Below are positions 19,418 to 29,205 of a stretch of 64,000 nt of DNA, in pieces. The notes beneath the pieces are model-generated. The model had not been told where the DNA came from, made no database searches, and saw only the letters and a list, made by a program, of their open reading frames with translations. Origin of the DNA: an uncultured Lachnospiraceae bacterium (GTDB lineage Bacteria; Bacillota; Clostridia; Oscillospirales; CAG-272); the NCBI GenBank assembly GCA_964562175.1, contig CAZLRV010000001.1, positions 50,181 to 114,180 on the forward strand, given 5' to 3'. Made by a program: the position numbers and the translations under genes. How positions within the stretch are numbered: position 1 is the stretch's first letter; each line of letters begins with the position of its first letter.

Positions 19418-20302
19418 TTGAAAGATATAACCGTACTGGTAAACAGTTGTGATAAGTACAAGGACGCTTGGGAGCCGTTTTTCAGGCTTTTGCATATTCA
19501 ATGGCAAGATCTTCCGTATAATGTTGTACTTAACACGGAAACTTCGTCATACGAATGCGATTTCATGAATGTTCGCACCATAAACTCTTCTAAAGGTATT
19601 CCGTGGGCAAAAAGACTTAGGCACGTTCTTGAAAATATAGACACACAATTCATACTATATACATTAGAAGATTTTTTCTTTGACCGCCCTGTGAATGTTT
19701 CGGCATTTGAGGAAGCACACCAATTGATAAAAAACGATGCTTCTATCGGATATATAGGCTTAAGATATAACTGTCAGCTTGTATTTAAGGATGAATCAAA
19801 TGCAGACAGAAACGCACGATTTGTTTCAAAAGACGAATTAGTCGTTGTAAACAGAGTAAACAGTCAAACTGCGCTTTGGAGAAGAAAATGGCTACTGAGC
19901 TTGTTAAGAGATCATGAAACGCCGTGGGAGTTTGAAATGTATGCATCTATTCGTTCACGCAGAACCGACAAAAAAGTTTTAATAATAAACAACACAAACG
20001 AGATCATGCCTCCGGTATTTTCATACGGACTCGATCCAAAAGACGGACTTGGCATATACGGCGGAAAGTTTTTACACAAAAACCGAGAGCTTTTTGAAAA
20101 GTATGGGATAAAGGCAAATTTTGATACTTTGGGAATTGCGGAGGATCCGGCAAAAAGCTCTTGCGGGGCAAACGTCAAACATTCGGCAAAACCAATAAAA
20201 ACAAACAATCTGCACGAAAGCTTGTACTCGATAAAACGTGCGTTCAAGCACGCAAAGAAAAATCTTCGAAAACAGTTTCGCAAAATAAAGTCATTGATAT
20301 AG
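19418..20302 (+). CDS. Hypothetical protein, putative GT-A-fold glycosyltransferase
   Basis: VLVNSCDKY, LEDFF (DxD-like) and TPWEFE motifs of a family seen in surface-glycan loci. Confidence 0.6.
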   Translation: MKDITVLVNSCDKYKDAWEPFFRLLHIQWQDLPYNVVLNTETSSYECDFMNVRTINSSKGIPWAKRLRHVLENIDTQFILYTLEDFFFDRPVNVSAFEEAHQLIKNDASIGYIGLRYNCQLVFKDESNADRNARFVSKDELVVVNRVNSQTALWRRKWLLSLLRDHETPWEFEMYASIRSRRTDKKVLIINNTNEIMPPVFSYGLDPKDGLGIYGGKFLHKNRELFEKYGIKANFDTLGIAEDPAKSSCGANVKHSAKPIKTNNLHESLYSIKRAFKHAKKNLRKQFRKIKSLI

Positions 20303-20376
20303 CTTTTATGAAATGATTTCGTTTAATTTTCATAGTTTAGTTTTGCTATATACATTCATGTGAATTCGAGGTAGTA

Positions 20377-21861
20377 ATGAAAGATAATAAAATTAAATTT
20401 TCTTGCCTGTGTGCGGCAAATTTTCTTCTGCTTTCCTTTCTTATTGTTATGGGAGGACAAAATTATTCGTTAGATTCGTACTCTATAACGGTTGAGGGCT
20501 ATACGAGCAATTCGCTGTGGTTCGTTACGTGTTACCGTTGGATGTCCGGTCTGCTTTGGCACGTAATGAATATGCTCGGTCACAACCCCATAACAAACAG
20601 CACGCCCGATATTTGCCTTTTCATCGTTATCGTATCCGTTTCACTAAGCGTGCTTGCTTGGAAATTCTATCGTTCGTATGGCAAAAAGTCGCTTCTTTCA
20701 CTCATAGTAATTGACATATCTCTGCTCATCTCCGTTTGCAATGTATGGTTTGGCGATATTTTATCATTTCCGGAATGTACATTTAATGCCGGTGTCGGAG
20801 TTGCGCTTGTCTGCTGTGCGGTCGCATTGCTTATAGATTCGCAAAAGCCGCTAAACTGCGTTATCTCCTCAGTATGCGTAATAATCGCCACGGGAATATT
20901 TCAGCAGTTTCTGTTTCTATTTGCGATATATATCATAGCATATTGCTGTATTATTATCACACAAAAGGAAACGAACAGCCTCAAAGAAATGCTTGGGGTG
21001 TTCGCAAAGCCGTTTTTAGTCTTTATCGTATCCGGCATTATATATGCCGCTATAGCGCTCGGTCTCGTTGCCGCACTCGATCTATCCGGCAATTCCCGCA
21101 CTCACATTTCTCTTACCAATGTTTTTGACACAATAGCTTATTTTATAAGAAAACAGCATTCGTGGCTAAAGGGACGCGGCTTCTTCAGAACCGAGTTTTT
21201 GACTGTTTCATACGTTTTTTCCGTTCAGCTCTGGCTCATATGCCTTATACGCTTCGCCGTTAAAACCAAGAAATTCAAGAAAGCCTCTGTTTTGGCTTGT
21301 GCCGTGTTCGTGAGTTACATTTGTATGTACGCTGTATCATTCATTTCCACCTATTCGACAAGAGCGGTATTTACACTGTTTTCAACGTTTTTCTTGGTAG
21401 GGTCGGGAATATTGTCATTGACAGATCGACGGTTTATAAAGTCCTTCCTCGCCGTTTTGTTTGCTCTCGTATTTGCCGCAAACGCATTTCATATCGTTGA
21501 AATGGAGAATAAGCTCAAAGCCTTAAACGATGCCGACGAAAACTGGGCTAAAGCCGTGCTTGAGCTGATAGATGAACACGAAAGAGAAACGGGTATTACC
21601 ATAAAAGCCGTTTCATATTATACGGATGCAAAATGCGACGGTAATAGCACCGGCGTCATATACGGCGAAGGCTCGCCATTGAAGCATGATTTTTTTCAAA
21701 AATATATTCTGAATACTTTTTCCGGCAGTAATCGATTCGACACGTTGCCGAAGGATGAAGCTGTGTACGTCAAGTACTTTGAGGGTAAGGATTGGGACAA
21801 GCTTGTCCCCGAAGAACAGCTAATATTTATCGGAGATACACTTCATTTATGCATTTATTGA
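20377..21861 (+). CDS. GtrII-like polytopic membrane glycosyltransferase (GT-C)
   Basis: About ten TM segments, early acidic DSY motif, IFQQ motif, soluble C-terminal domain. Confidence 0.6.
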   Translation: MKDNKIKFSCLCAANFLLLSFLIVMGGQNYSLDSYSITVEGYTSNSLWFVTCYRWMSGLLWHVMNMLGHNPITNSTPDICLFIVIVSVSLSVLAWKFYRSYGKKSLLSLIVIDISLLISVCNVWFGDILSFPECTFNAGVGVALVCCAVALLIDSQKPLNCVISSVCVIIATGIFQQFLFLFAIYIIAYCCIIITQKETNSLKEMLGVFAKPFLVFIVSGIIYAAIALGLVAALDLSGNSRTHISLTNVFDTIAYFIRKQHSWLKGRGFFRTEFLTVSYVFSVQLWLICLIRFAVKTKKFKKASVLACAVFVSYICMYAVSFISTYSTRAVFTLFSTFFLVGSGILSLTDRRFIKSFLAVLFALVFAANAFHIVEMENKLKALNDADENWAKAVLELIDEHERETGITIKAVSYYTDAKCDGNSTGVIYGEGSPLKHDFFQKYILNTFSGSNRFDTLPKDEAVYVKYFEGKDWDKLVPEEQLIFIGDTLHLCIY

Positions 21862-21874
21862 CATAATATTGCTC

Positions 21875-21906
21875 AAAAAAACACACGGCATAGCCGTGTG
21901 TTTTTT
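21875..21906. terminator. Bidirectional intrinsic terminator
   Basis: AAAAAAACACACGGC-ATA-GCCGTGTGTTTTTT between convergent genes. Confidence 0.85.
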
Positions 21907-21917
21907 GTTTTTATAGC

Positions 21918-22199
21918 TTAGTCGGCTGCGTATACGCTGACACGCTTTCTGCCGTTTGCAATATGCTCAAACTTAACCTTGCCGTCGATGAGAGCATAGA
22001 GTGTATCGTCCGAACCGATTCCGACATTGTTGCCGGGATGGATCTTCGTGCCTCTCTGACGCATGATTATGTTACCTGCCAATACTGCTTCGCCGTCGAA
22101 CTTCTTAACTCCGAGACGTTGTGCATTACTGTCACGACCGTTCTTCGTTGAGCCGACACCCTTTTTATGTGCGAAAAACTGTAAGCTGATTCTAAGCAT
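21918..22199 (-). CDS. rpmA: 50S ribosomal protein L27 with Prp-cleaved N-terminal extension
   Basis: [24 protein letters not shown]. Confidence 0.97.
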   Translation of the reverse strand: MLRISLQFFAHKKGVGSTKNGRDSNAQRLGVKKFDGEAVLAGNIIMRQRGTKIHPGNNVGIGSDDTLYALIDGKVKFEHIANGRKRVSVYAAD

Positions 22200-22231
22200 C
22201 GTTTTACCTCCGTAATTTTTACCGTGGGGCA

Positions 22232-22588
22232 TTAAATACCCTTTTCGATTTCATCAACCTCTAAATAATCGTAATAATCCTCTATCATATCGTTAAGTTG
22301 CAGGTAATAGCCCTGTATTACGCTTGCGGTTGCGTATCTCTTCTTCTCGTCGCTCTCATATTCGGGCAAAGCACCCTTTGCCATGACCTCGATATCCGTG
22401 CTTTTTTCATCAACGGTATAATCGACGCTTGAGCCGATAGACACCTCTATGGTGTTTATAACGAGCATGGTCATTGCGGATATTGCGGCACAGACCACAT
22501 CGCGTCCCGCATCCTCGTAACCGCTGTGACCGACCTCTTTGAAGCCGTAATACGTCCCGTTTGATCTGTAGAAAATTATTTTAGTCAT
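22232..22588 (-). CDS. prp: Ribosomal-processing cysteine protease Prp
   Basis: GHSGY...DVVCAAIS motif; lies between rplU and rpmA. Confidence 0.9.
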   Translation of the reverse strand: MTKIIFYRSNGTYYGFKEVGHSGYEDAGRDVVCAAISAMTMLVINTIEVSIGSSVDYTVDEKSTDIEVMAKGALPEYESDEKKRYATASVIQGYYLQLNDMIEDYYDYLEVDEIEKGI

Positions 22589-22590
22589 AT

Positions 22591-22902
22591 TTATGCGTTG
22601 ATAGCGTTGATCGTGACCTTGGTATAAGCCTGTCTGTGTCCGATCTTCTTCTTCTCGTTTTTCTTGGATTTATATTTCATAACATAAATCTTCTTACCGC
22701 GTCCGTTCTTTTCAACGGTAGCACTGACGGTAGCACCCTCTATAACGGGAGTACCGATCTTGAAGCCGTTGTCGTCGGAAATGGCAAAAACACGATCGAA
22801 GGTATAGGTAGAGCCGGGTTCAACATCGAGCTTTTCGATGAAAAGAACGTCGCCCTCCGATACTTTGTACTGCTTTCCGCCTGTTTCGATAACTGCAAAC
22901 AC
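22591..22902 (-). CDS. rplU: 50S ribosomal protein L21
   Basis: [17 protein letters not shown]...GHRQAYT; GTG start after GAGGT. Confidence 0.97.
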   Translation of the reverse strand: MFAVIETGGKQYKVSEGDVLFIEKLDVEPGSTYTFDRVFAISDDNGFKIGTPVIEGATVSATVEKNGRGKKIYVMKYKSKKNEKKKIGHRQAYTKVTINAINA

Positions 22903-22927
22903 GAAAAGCACCTCGCTTTCAATAAAA

Positions 22928-22995
22928 ACTCGCTAAGTAAGGCACAAAGAATAGGGTAATTCTTTGATTTAAGCACGCCTTACATCATGCGGCGA
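22928..22995 (-). ncRNA. L21 ribosomal protein leader
   Basis: TCGC...GTAAGGC...CAAAGAAT-loop-ATTCTTTG..GCCTTAC..GCGA nested stems upstream of rplU. Confidence 0.7.
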
Positions 22996-23070
22996 ATCAT
23001 TTTACCATTTATTTTTCTTTTTGTCAATCAGTCTATGCTTGCTCTCTGTAAATTATTTGTTAATTCGCAC

Positions 23071-23817
23071 TTATTTGATAAGTTCCCCTCTCAGCTTTTC
23101 GAATATTTTCTTTTCTCTGCGTGAGACCTTGACTTGTGACAAGCCGAGCAAGTCGGCACATTGCTGTTGAGACATATTTTTGAAGTATCTGAGATAAATT
23201 ATTTTCCTCTCCTCCGCCTCAAGCTTTTTAAGCGCTTCCTTGAGAGATAATGTATCGCACAGATTTTCGATCTCGTTTTCCTTTTCTGGTATTATTCCCT
23301 CAAGCGTCATTCCCTCGTCCTCTCCGACCTGCTCGGCAAGCGAATGGACGGGCAGCGTTGCCTCAAGTGCAAATATAAGCTCCTCACTGCTCACACTGCA
23401 CATTCTGCATAGCTCCGATATACTCGGCTCACTACCGTTGGAGCGTATATAGTTTTCTTTTTCTCTCATTGCTCTCACACCAAGGTGCTTAACGCTTCGT
23501 GATACCTTTATTATACCGTCGTCACGCAAAAAGCGTCTCAGCTCTCCGATTATAAGCGGAACGGCGTACGTAGAAAATGCGGTATTATACGATGTATCGA
23601 ACGAGCGTATTGCCTTTATCATGCCCATTGTCCCTATCTGCACCAGATCCTCGTACTCCGTCCCTCTGTCCGCAAACCTCGGAACAATGCTCTTCACAAG
23701 ACCCATATTCAGCTCAACAAGCTCGCTCATAGCCTCCCTGTCGCCTGCCTGCGCTTTTTCTATCAGCTGTGCATTTTGAGAAAAAATCGTCGCTTTATCA
23801 CGCACCCCGTCGGTCAT
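23071..23817 (-). CDS. sigF: Sporulation sigma factor SigF
   Basis: DLVQIGTMGMIKAIRSFD, FSTYAVPLIIGELRRFLRDDG, SQVKVSRRE; follows spoIIAA-spoIIAB. Confidence 0.88.
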   Translation of the reverse strand: MTDGVRDKATIFSQNAQLIEKAQAGDREAMSELVELNMGLVKSIVPRFADRGTEYEDLVQIGTMGMIKAIRSFDTSYNTAFSTYAVPLIIGELRRFLRDDGIIKVSRSVKHLGVRAMREKENYIRSNGSEPSISELCRMCSVSSEELIFALEATLPVHSLAEQVGEDEGMTLEGIIPEKENEIENLCDTLSLKEALKKLEAEERKIIYLRYFKNMSQQQCADLLGLSQVKVSRREKKIFEKLRGELIK

Positions 23818-23827
23818 ACGAACACCT

Positions 23828-24259
23828 CTATCCGATTTTTTTCGTCATAACCACACGAGTACCGTGAGAGCTGTCAGAGGTGACCTTCAGCTTATCGGTA
23901 AACGACTTCATTATTGAAAAGCCCATGCCGCTCCGTTCTTCACCGCCTGTCGTAAACAGCGGCTTCATCGCCTCATCGACATCGGGAATGCCTACACCCT
24001 TGTCGATTATCTCAATTCTGACCGTGGCATCATCATAGTACCGTGCGTTTATGTATATTTTTCCGTCCTGCCGTCCTTTGTAGGCGTGTACTATGCAGTT
24101 TGTGACCGCCTCACTGACGGCGCACCGAATGTCGGCAAGCTCCTCAACGCTCGGATCGAGCGGGGAGACGAAAAACGATATCACCGACCGTGCAAGCGAC
24201 TCATTGGCAGAATGCGCCGGCAGGGTGAGCTTTATCTCGTTCAATTTCTTTTTCTTCAT
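23828..24259 (-). CDS. spoIIAB: Anti-sigma F factor (serine kinase)
   Basis: AVSEAVTNCIVHAY, DKGVGI, ERSGMGF GHKL motifs. Confidence 0.92.
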   Translation of the reverse strand: MKKKKLNEIKLTLPAHSANESLARSVISFFVSPLDPSVEELADIRCAVSEAVTNCIVHAYKGRQDGKIYINARYYDDATVRIEIIDKGVGIPDVDEAMKPLFTTGGEERSGMGFSIMKSFTDKLKVTSDSSHGTRVVMTKKIG

Positions 24260-24582
24260 TTCTTGTTTTTCTCCGTTTCGCATACGATGAGCTTGTCCAT
24301 GCCCGACATTTGCAGTATTTTTTTGGATCTTTCGTTTAAGCCTCTCACACTGAACTCGCATTGTGCCGCCTTTGCTCGTGCATAGCGTCCCATTATCAGC
24401 CCAAGCCCCGATGAATCCATAAAATCCACCCTTGAAAGATCAAGTGTCAATCGCTTCGGTCGTTTTTTGAAAAACTCGCCGTCTATCTCCTCACGCACCC
24501 CGCTTGCCATATGGTGATCAAGCTCACCGCAGAGGCATGCCGTAAGCACACACCCCTCATATTTCATTTCTACCCCTTGCAT
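24256..24582 (-). CDS. spoIIAA: Anti-sigma F factor antagonist (STAS)
   Basis: GELDHH, FMDSSGLGLIMGRY. Confidence 0.92.
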   Translation of the reverse strand: MQGVEMKYEGCVLTACLCGELDHHMASGVREEIDGEFFKKRPKRLTLDLSRVDFMDSSGLGLIMGRYARAKAAQCEFSVRGLNERSKKILQMSGMDKLIVCETEKNKK

Positions 24583-24714
24583 AAGCTCCTCCGAAAATTA
24601 TAGTCCATCTATCAATTAGATAATACCACCCTTACCCGCACCGTTTTTGTCACATTCTGTCATTATGAAATTATTTACATTTAGTACTCATATTTCCATA
24701 TTGTGAGCATAAAT

Positions 24715-24757
24715 AAAAAAAGCTCCCACAATACACAGTTGAGCCGTGTTGTGGGAG
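24715..24757 (-). terminator. Intrinsic terminator after the small lipoprotein gene
   Basis: CTCCCACAA...TTGTGGGAG hairpin followed by a T tract on the minus strand. Confidence 0.7.
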
Positions 24758-24762
24758 GATAT

Positions 24763-25050
24763 TTATCTTCTTGCTCTTTTTGTACTCGGTGTCGTTTCGT
24801 GAGAGGTCAACATATCGGATATCACATCAAGCGGACTTTTAAGTGTCTCCCTCTCGGTCACCACGCTTGATGAGTCCTCACTTATCGCATCCGTGGGAGG
24901 CGGTGAGGTCACCGTGTCCGTTTTTGTCTGTGCCGCACTTGACGGCGGCGTTGTGTCCGGTCGCTTTTCGCTTTCTTTATCGTTGCCGCCGCAGGAGGCT
25001 AAAGAGAGCAGTAAAGCGAGCGTCAGCAACGAAAAAATCGTTTTTTTCAT
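24763..25050 (-). CDS. Small Thr/Pro/Ser-rich lipoprotein
   Basis: MKKTIFSLLTLALLLSLASC lipobox; low-complexity mature part. Confidence 0.7.
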   Translation of the reverse strand: MKKTIFSLLTLALLLSLASCGGNDKESEKRPDTTPPSSAAQTKTDTVTSPPPTDAISEDSSSVVTERETLKSPLDVISDMLTSHETTPSTKRARR

Positions 25051-25172
25051 ATTTTTCTATCCTTTTTTGCTTATTTTCGGTTTTTTTACTCTTGACATTT
25101 GCCCTCTTTTATTATATCATAATACGGATGGTTTATACCAAGAGAATTATTCGAAAGGAATTTTTCAAAAAA

Positions 25173-26243
25173 ATGGGTTTAATAAAAGGTGTAAAAAAAT
25201 ATCTTAACAGGCTTTTTATCGACGGCTTATCGGGCATGGCTCTCGGATTGTTTTCAACTCTCATAATAGGTACGATAATCAAGCAGATAGGTGAATATAT
25301 TCCCGCCCCCATCGGTCATTATTTTGTGCTGATAGGCGGTGCGGCTCAAGTCGCAACGGGTGCGGGCATCGGCTGTGGCGTTGCCTGCAAGCTGAAAATG
25401 CAGCCGCTCGTTATGTTTTCCGCCGCCGTATGCGGCTTTATCGGTGCTTTCGGCTCAAAGCTGCTTGACCTCGGTGCAAACGACACGATATCGTTCTCCG
25501 GTCCGGGCGATCCGCTGAATGCATTCATTGCCGCATATGTGGGAATTGAGATAGGAAAGCTGTTTGCCGGAAAAACAAAGGTAGATATCGTTGTAACGCC
25601 TTTTTTGACAATAGCCTCCGGAGGTCTTGTCGGATTGCTCACCGCTCCGTACATTGCCGATTTTACGAGTTGGCTCGGCAGTCTTGTAAATGTTAATGTG
25701 CAGGCTCATCCGCTGATCGGCGGTATTATCGTTTCCGTTTTGATGGGCATATTCCTGACATTGCCGATAAGCTCGGCGGCAATAGGCGTAATACTCGGTC
25801 TGTCGGGCATTACGGCGGGTGCGGCAACTGTCGGTTGTTGTGCAAATATGATAGGCTTTGCCGTTATAAGCTACCGTGAAAACAAGGTCGGCGGTCTTAT
25901 TGCTCAAGGTGTCGGCACGAGTATGCTTCAGATGCCGAATATTATAAAAAATCCCTTAATATGGTTGCCGGCTATAATTTCAAGTGCGGTAATAGCTCCG
26001 CTCTCGACGATCGTGCTTAAAATGGAAAGCAACGCCGTCGGCTCGGGTATGGGTACTGCGGGACTTGTCGGACCGATATCGACATTTAATGTTATGACCC
26101 AAAAAGGCGAGGAGCCGATAAAAGTACTCATTGAAATTGCCGTTGTCTATTTTATTCTTCCGGCTGTTATATCTCTCGCAATTTCCGAGCCTATGCGCAA
26201 GTTAGGCTTGATAAAGCACGGCGATCTTAAGCTCGATATATGA
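25173..26243 (+). CDS. Stand-alone PTS EIIC-like membrane protein (PfoR-like)
   Basis: FIDGLSGMALGLFSTLIIG, LTLPISSAAI, QGVGTSMLQMPNI; start moved to ATG 25173. Confidence 0.8.
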   Translation: MGLIKGVKKYLNRLFIDGLSGMALGLFSTLIIGTIIKQIGEYIPAPIGHYFVLIGGAAQVATGAGIGCGVACKLKMQPLVMFSAAVCGFIGAFGSKLLDLGANDTISFSGPGDPLNAFIAAYVGIEIGKLFAGKTKVDIVVTPFLTIASGGLVGLLTAPYIADFTSWLGSLVNVNVQAHPLIGGIIVSVLMGIFLTLPISSAAIGVILGLSGITAGAATVGCCANMIGFAVISYRENKVGGLIAQGVGTSMLQMPNIIKNPLIWLPAIISSAVIAPLSTIVLKMESNAVGSGMGTAGLVGPISTFNVMTQKGEEPIKVLIEIAVVYFILPAVISLAISEPMRKLGLIKHGDLKLDI

Positions 26244-26261
26244 TAACACATTAAGGTGGCA

Positions 26262-26302
26262 AAGACCCGTCCGAGTATGCTATAAGCACACGGACGGGTC
26301 TT
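26262..26302. terminator. Hairpin terminator between convergent genes
   Basis: AAGACCCGTCCG...CGGACGGGTCTT inverted repeat. Confidence 0.7.
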
Positions 26303-26305
26303 ATC

Positions 26306-26722
26306 TTATGTATTATTGTTTCCGCATACGATATCCTCAAGCGTGATACCGTCAAAAAAATCGTTTACCTTTTTATTGAAGCTCGCCCACATAGGATAAG
26401 TCTTGCACGTTGCCTTGCGTTTGCATTCGGCGGCGTTTTTTTCAAGGCACGCAACGGGTGCAAGGTCGCCCTCGGTCAAGCGTAATATATCGCCGACAAC
26501 ACAGCTACAGGGGGCTTTTACAAGCCTATAACCGCCGCCCTTGCCCTGTATTCCCTCAATATACTCACCCTTAACGAGCGAGGGAATTATCCGCTCCAGA
26601 TACTTTTGCGATATTCCCTGCCTGCCTGCTATCTCCTTAAGCGGTATATATCCGTCACTTGAGTGCTGTGCAAGGTCAACGAGCAATCTCAAGGCGTATC
26701 TGCCTCTGGTAGATATCATCAT
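26306..26722 (-). CDS. Rrf2-family transcriptional regulator (CymR-like)
   Basis: ISTRGRYALR, ISQKYLERI, GKGGGYRL; last gene of the metY-cysK operon. Confidence 0.9.
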   Translation of the reverse strand: MMISTRGRYALRLLVDLAQHSSDGYIPLKEIAGRQGISQKYLERIIPSLVKGEYIEGIQGKGGGYRLVKAPCSCVVGDILRLTEGDLAPVACLEKNAAECKRKATCKTYPMWASFNKKVNDFFDGITLEDIVCGNNNT

Positions 26723-26725
26723 CGC

Positions 26726-27658
26726 TTATTCCGAAAAAAGCTTTGTAGACAGATATCTGTCTCCCGTGTCGGGCAGCAGTACGACTATATTTTTTCCCTT
26801 GTTTTCGGGTCTTTTTGCAAGCTCTATTGCCGCATGAAGTGCCGCACCTGCAGATATGCCGACAAGCACGCCCTCGCTCTTTCCGATAAGTCTGCCCGCC
26901 TCATATGCGTCCTCGTTCTTTACGGGGAATACCTCATCGTATACCGACGTATTAAGCACTTTGGGAACGAAGCCCGCACCTATTCCCTGTATTTCATGCG
27001 CACCGGCAATACCCTCGGAAAGCACGGGTGAGGATGCCGGCTCTACCGCAACTATCTTCACACTCGGTTTTTTGGCTTTGAGGTACTCGCCGACTCCCGT
27101 TATTGTACCGCCTGTTCCGACGCCGGCAACGAATATATCAACATTGCCGTCTGTATCCTCATATATTTCCGGACCCGTCGTTTTTATATGTGCCGCAGGG
27201 TTTGAGGGATTTACAAACTGTCCGGCTATAATGCTGTTCGGTATGCTCTTTGCCAGCTCATCGGCTTTTTCTATAGCGCCCTTCATTCCCCTTGCGCCCT
27301 CGGTCAAAACAAGCTCGGCACCGTAGGCTTTCATGAGCGTTCTGCGTTCCTGTGACATGGTTTCGGGCATTACTATTATTACTCTGTAGCCGCGTGATGC
27401 GCCGACTGCGGCTATACCTATTCCCGTATTGCCCGAAGTCGGTTCGATTATTACCGAGTCCGCATTCAGCTTGCCCTCCCTCTCTGCTTCGTCGAGCATT
27501 TCACGTGCTATTCTGTCCTTTACCGAGCCGGCGGGATTCAGAAATTCAAGCTTTGCAAGCAGTTTTGCCTCAAGAGCAAATTTCTTTTCTATGCGTGTCA
27601 GCTCAAGCAGGGGTGTTTTTCCTATGAGCTGATCTACGGAAGTATAAATTTTTGCCAT
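26726..27658 (-). CDS. cysK: Cysteine synthase A
   Basis: NPAGSVKDR (PLP lysine), EPTSGNTGIG, GVGTGGT, IQGIGAG. Confidence 0.96.
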   Translation of the reverse strand: MAKIYTSVDQLIGKTPLLELTRIEKKFALEAKLLAKLEFLNPAGSVKDRIAREMLDEAEREGKLNADSVIIEPTSGNTGIGIAAVGASRGYRVIIVMPETMSQERRTLMKAYGAELVLTEGARGMKGAIEKADELAKSIPNSIIAGQFVNPSNPAAHIKTTGPEIYEDTDGNVDIFVAGVGTGGTITGVGEYLKAKKPSVKIVAVEPASSPVLSEGIAGAHEIQGIGAGFVPKVLNTSVYDEVFPVKNEDAYEAGRLIGKSEGVLVGISAGAALHAAIELAKRPENKGKNIVVLLPDTGDRYLSTKLFSE

Positions 27659-27674
27659 ATGTTATATCTCCTTA

Positions 27675-28958
27675 TTATTTTATCGCATCAAAGCCTTTTT
27701 GCAGGTCTGAAATTATATCGTCTATATGTTCTGTACCTATGGACAAACGTATCGTATTCGGCTTTATACCCGCCTCCTCAAGCTCCTTTTCGTTGAGCTG
27801 ACTGTGTGTCGTCGTTGCGGGGTGTATTACGAGGCTCTTGACATCCGCTACATTTGCAAGCAGTGAGAATATTTCAAGGCTGTCGATAAATTTATGCGCC
27901 ACATCGACTCCGCCCTTTATCTCAAAGGTGAATATCGAGCCGCCGCCGTGCGGAAAATATCTTTCATACAGCTCATGGTCGGGGTGAGATGAAAGCGAGG
28001 GATGATGTACCGACTCGACAAGCGGATGCGAGGTCAAAAACTCTATCACCTTAAGCGTATTTTCCACGTGCCGCTCAAGTCTCAGCGATAGCGTTTCAAT
28101 GCCCTGCAGCAATAAAAACGCCGCAAACGGCGATATCGTCGCTCCCGTATCTCTCAGCAATACGGCTCTGATATATGTTACCAGCGCACAGCTCGGTGCG
28201 GCTTGTGTAAATGTCACACCGTGGTAAGCCTCATTAGGCTCGTTCAGTACCTTAAATTTTTCGCTTGATGTCCAATCGAATCTACCCGACTCGACTATTA
28301 CGCCGCCGAGCGTCGTACCGTGACCGCCCAAAAACTTTGTTGCGGAATGCACTACAATGTCCGCTCCGTATTCTATCGGTCTTATAAGATACGGCGTTCC
28401 GAATGTATTATCGACAACGAGCGGTATTCCGTGCCTATGTGCGATATTTGCCAGAGCCTCGATATCCGGTATATCACAATTGGGATTTCCGAGCGTTTCT
28501 ATGTACAGGCACCTTGTATTATCGCATATTGCCGCCTCGGTCTGCTCGAGGTCGTGTATATTTACAAAGCTTGTCGTTATACCGTAGGCGGGCAAGGTAT
28601 GTGAAAGCAGATTATAAGTGCCGCCGTATATCGTTCTTTGAGCCACTATGTGACCGTTATTCTGCCCCAAAGCCTGTAACACATACGTAATAGCCGCCGC
28701 ACCCGATGCAAGTGCAAGTGCCGCCGTGCCGCCCTCAAGTGCCGCAACTCTTGTTTCAAGCACCTGCTGTGTTGTATTTGTCAGCCGTCCGTATATATTA
28801 CCGCCCTCTTGAAGTGCGAAGCGTGCTTGCGCTTGGCGGCAATCCTCAAATACATATGAGGTCGTTGCGTATATCGGCACTGCACGTGCCGAGGTTGCGG
28901 GATCGGGACTCTCCTGACCCGCATGAAGCTGTAGAGTTTCGAATTTATAATTTGACAT
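27675..28958 (-). CDS. metY: O-acetylhomoserine sulfhydrylase
   Basis: FETLQLHAGQ, HSATKFLGGHG (PLP lysine), LANVADVKSLVIHPATTTH; start moved to MSNYKF. Confidence 0.92.
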   Translation of the reverse strand: MSNYKFETLQLHAGQESPDPATSARAVPIYATTSYVFEDCRQAQARFALQEGGNIYGRLTNTTQQVLETRVAALEGGTAALALASGAAAITYVLQALGQNNGHIVAQRTIYGGTYNLLSHTLPAYGITTSFVNIHDLEQTEAAICDNTRCLYIETLGNPNCDIPDIEALANIAHRHGIPLVVDNTFGTPYLIRPIEYGADIVVHSATKFLGGHGTTLGGVIVESGRFDWTSSEKFKVLNEPNEAYHGVTFTQAAPSCALVTYIRAVLLRDTGATISPFAAFLLLQGIETLSLRLERHVENTLKVIEFLTSHPLVESVHHPSLSSHPDHELYERYFPHGGGSIFTFEIKGGVDVAHKFIDSLEIFSLLANVADVKSLVIHPATTTHSQLNEKELEEAGIKPNTIRLSIGTEHIDDIISDLQKGFDAIK

Positions 28959-29070
28959 TTTTTTACTTTCCTTTCGTTTTTTCGATTTGCTTGGCACAAT
29001 TGTCCTCACATTCGTCCGAAACAAAAGTTTGCCCGAAGCAATACGGGAAAAATATATTTCACGGTTATTC

Positions 29071-29121
29071 ACCTACCTGTTTGGTTGGTATTATTATACC
29101 ACATTTTTTCCCGTTTGTCAA
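29071..29121 (-). promoter_or_regulatory. SigA promoter with adjacent imperfect palindrome (probable Rrf2 operator)
   Basis: TTGACA-N17-TATAAT (29121-29093) followed by ACCAACC-AAACA-GGTAGGT over the expected start site. Confidence 0.65.
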
Positions 29122-29152
29122 TAGCTCAAGTAAATTTTTTTCTTTTTTACGC

Positions 29153-29183
29153 AAAACAGCACCGCCTATCAAGGCGATGCTGT
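29153..29183 (-). terminator. Intrinsic terminator after the transaldolase gene
   Basis: ACAGCATCGCC-loop-GGCGGTGCTGTTTT on the minus strand. Confidence 0.75.
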
Positions 29184-29205
29184 AATATAAGCGTTTAGCT
29201 ATGAC

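Noticed and set aside
21918-22588. L27 N-terminal extension with adjacent protease
   Set aside because: Well-described Firmicute Prp system, not novel
24646-24662. Tandem TGACA(G/A)A upstream of spoIIAA as Spo0A boxes
   Set aside because: Only degenerate matches to TGNCGAA and no clear SigH promoter; too weak to call
24843-25172. Extended N-terminus of the PTS EIIC-like ORF
   Set aside because: Overlaps the opposite-strand lipoprotein gene and the promoter region; family similarity starts near 25173
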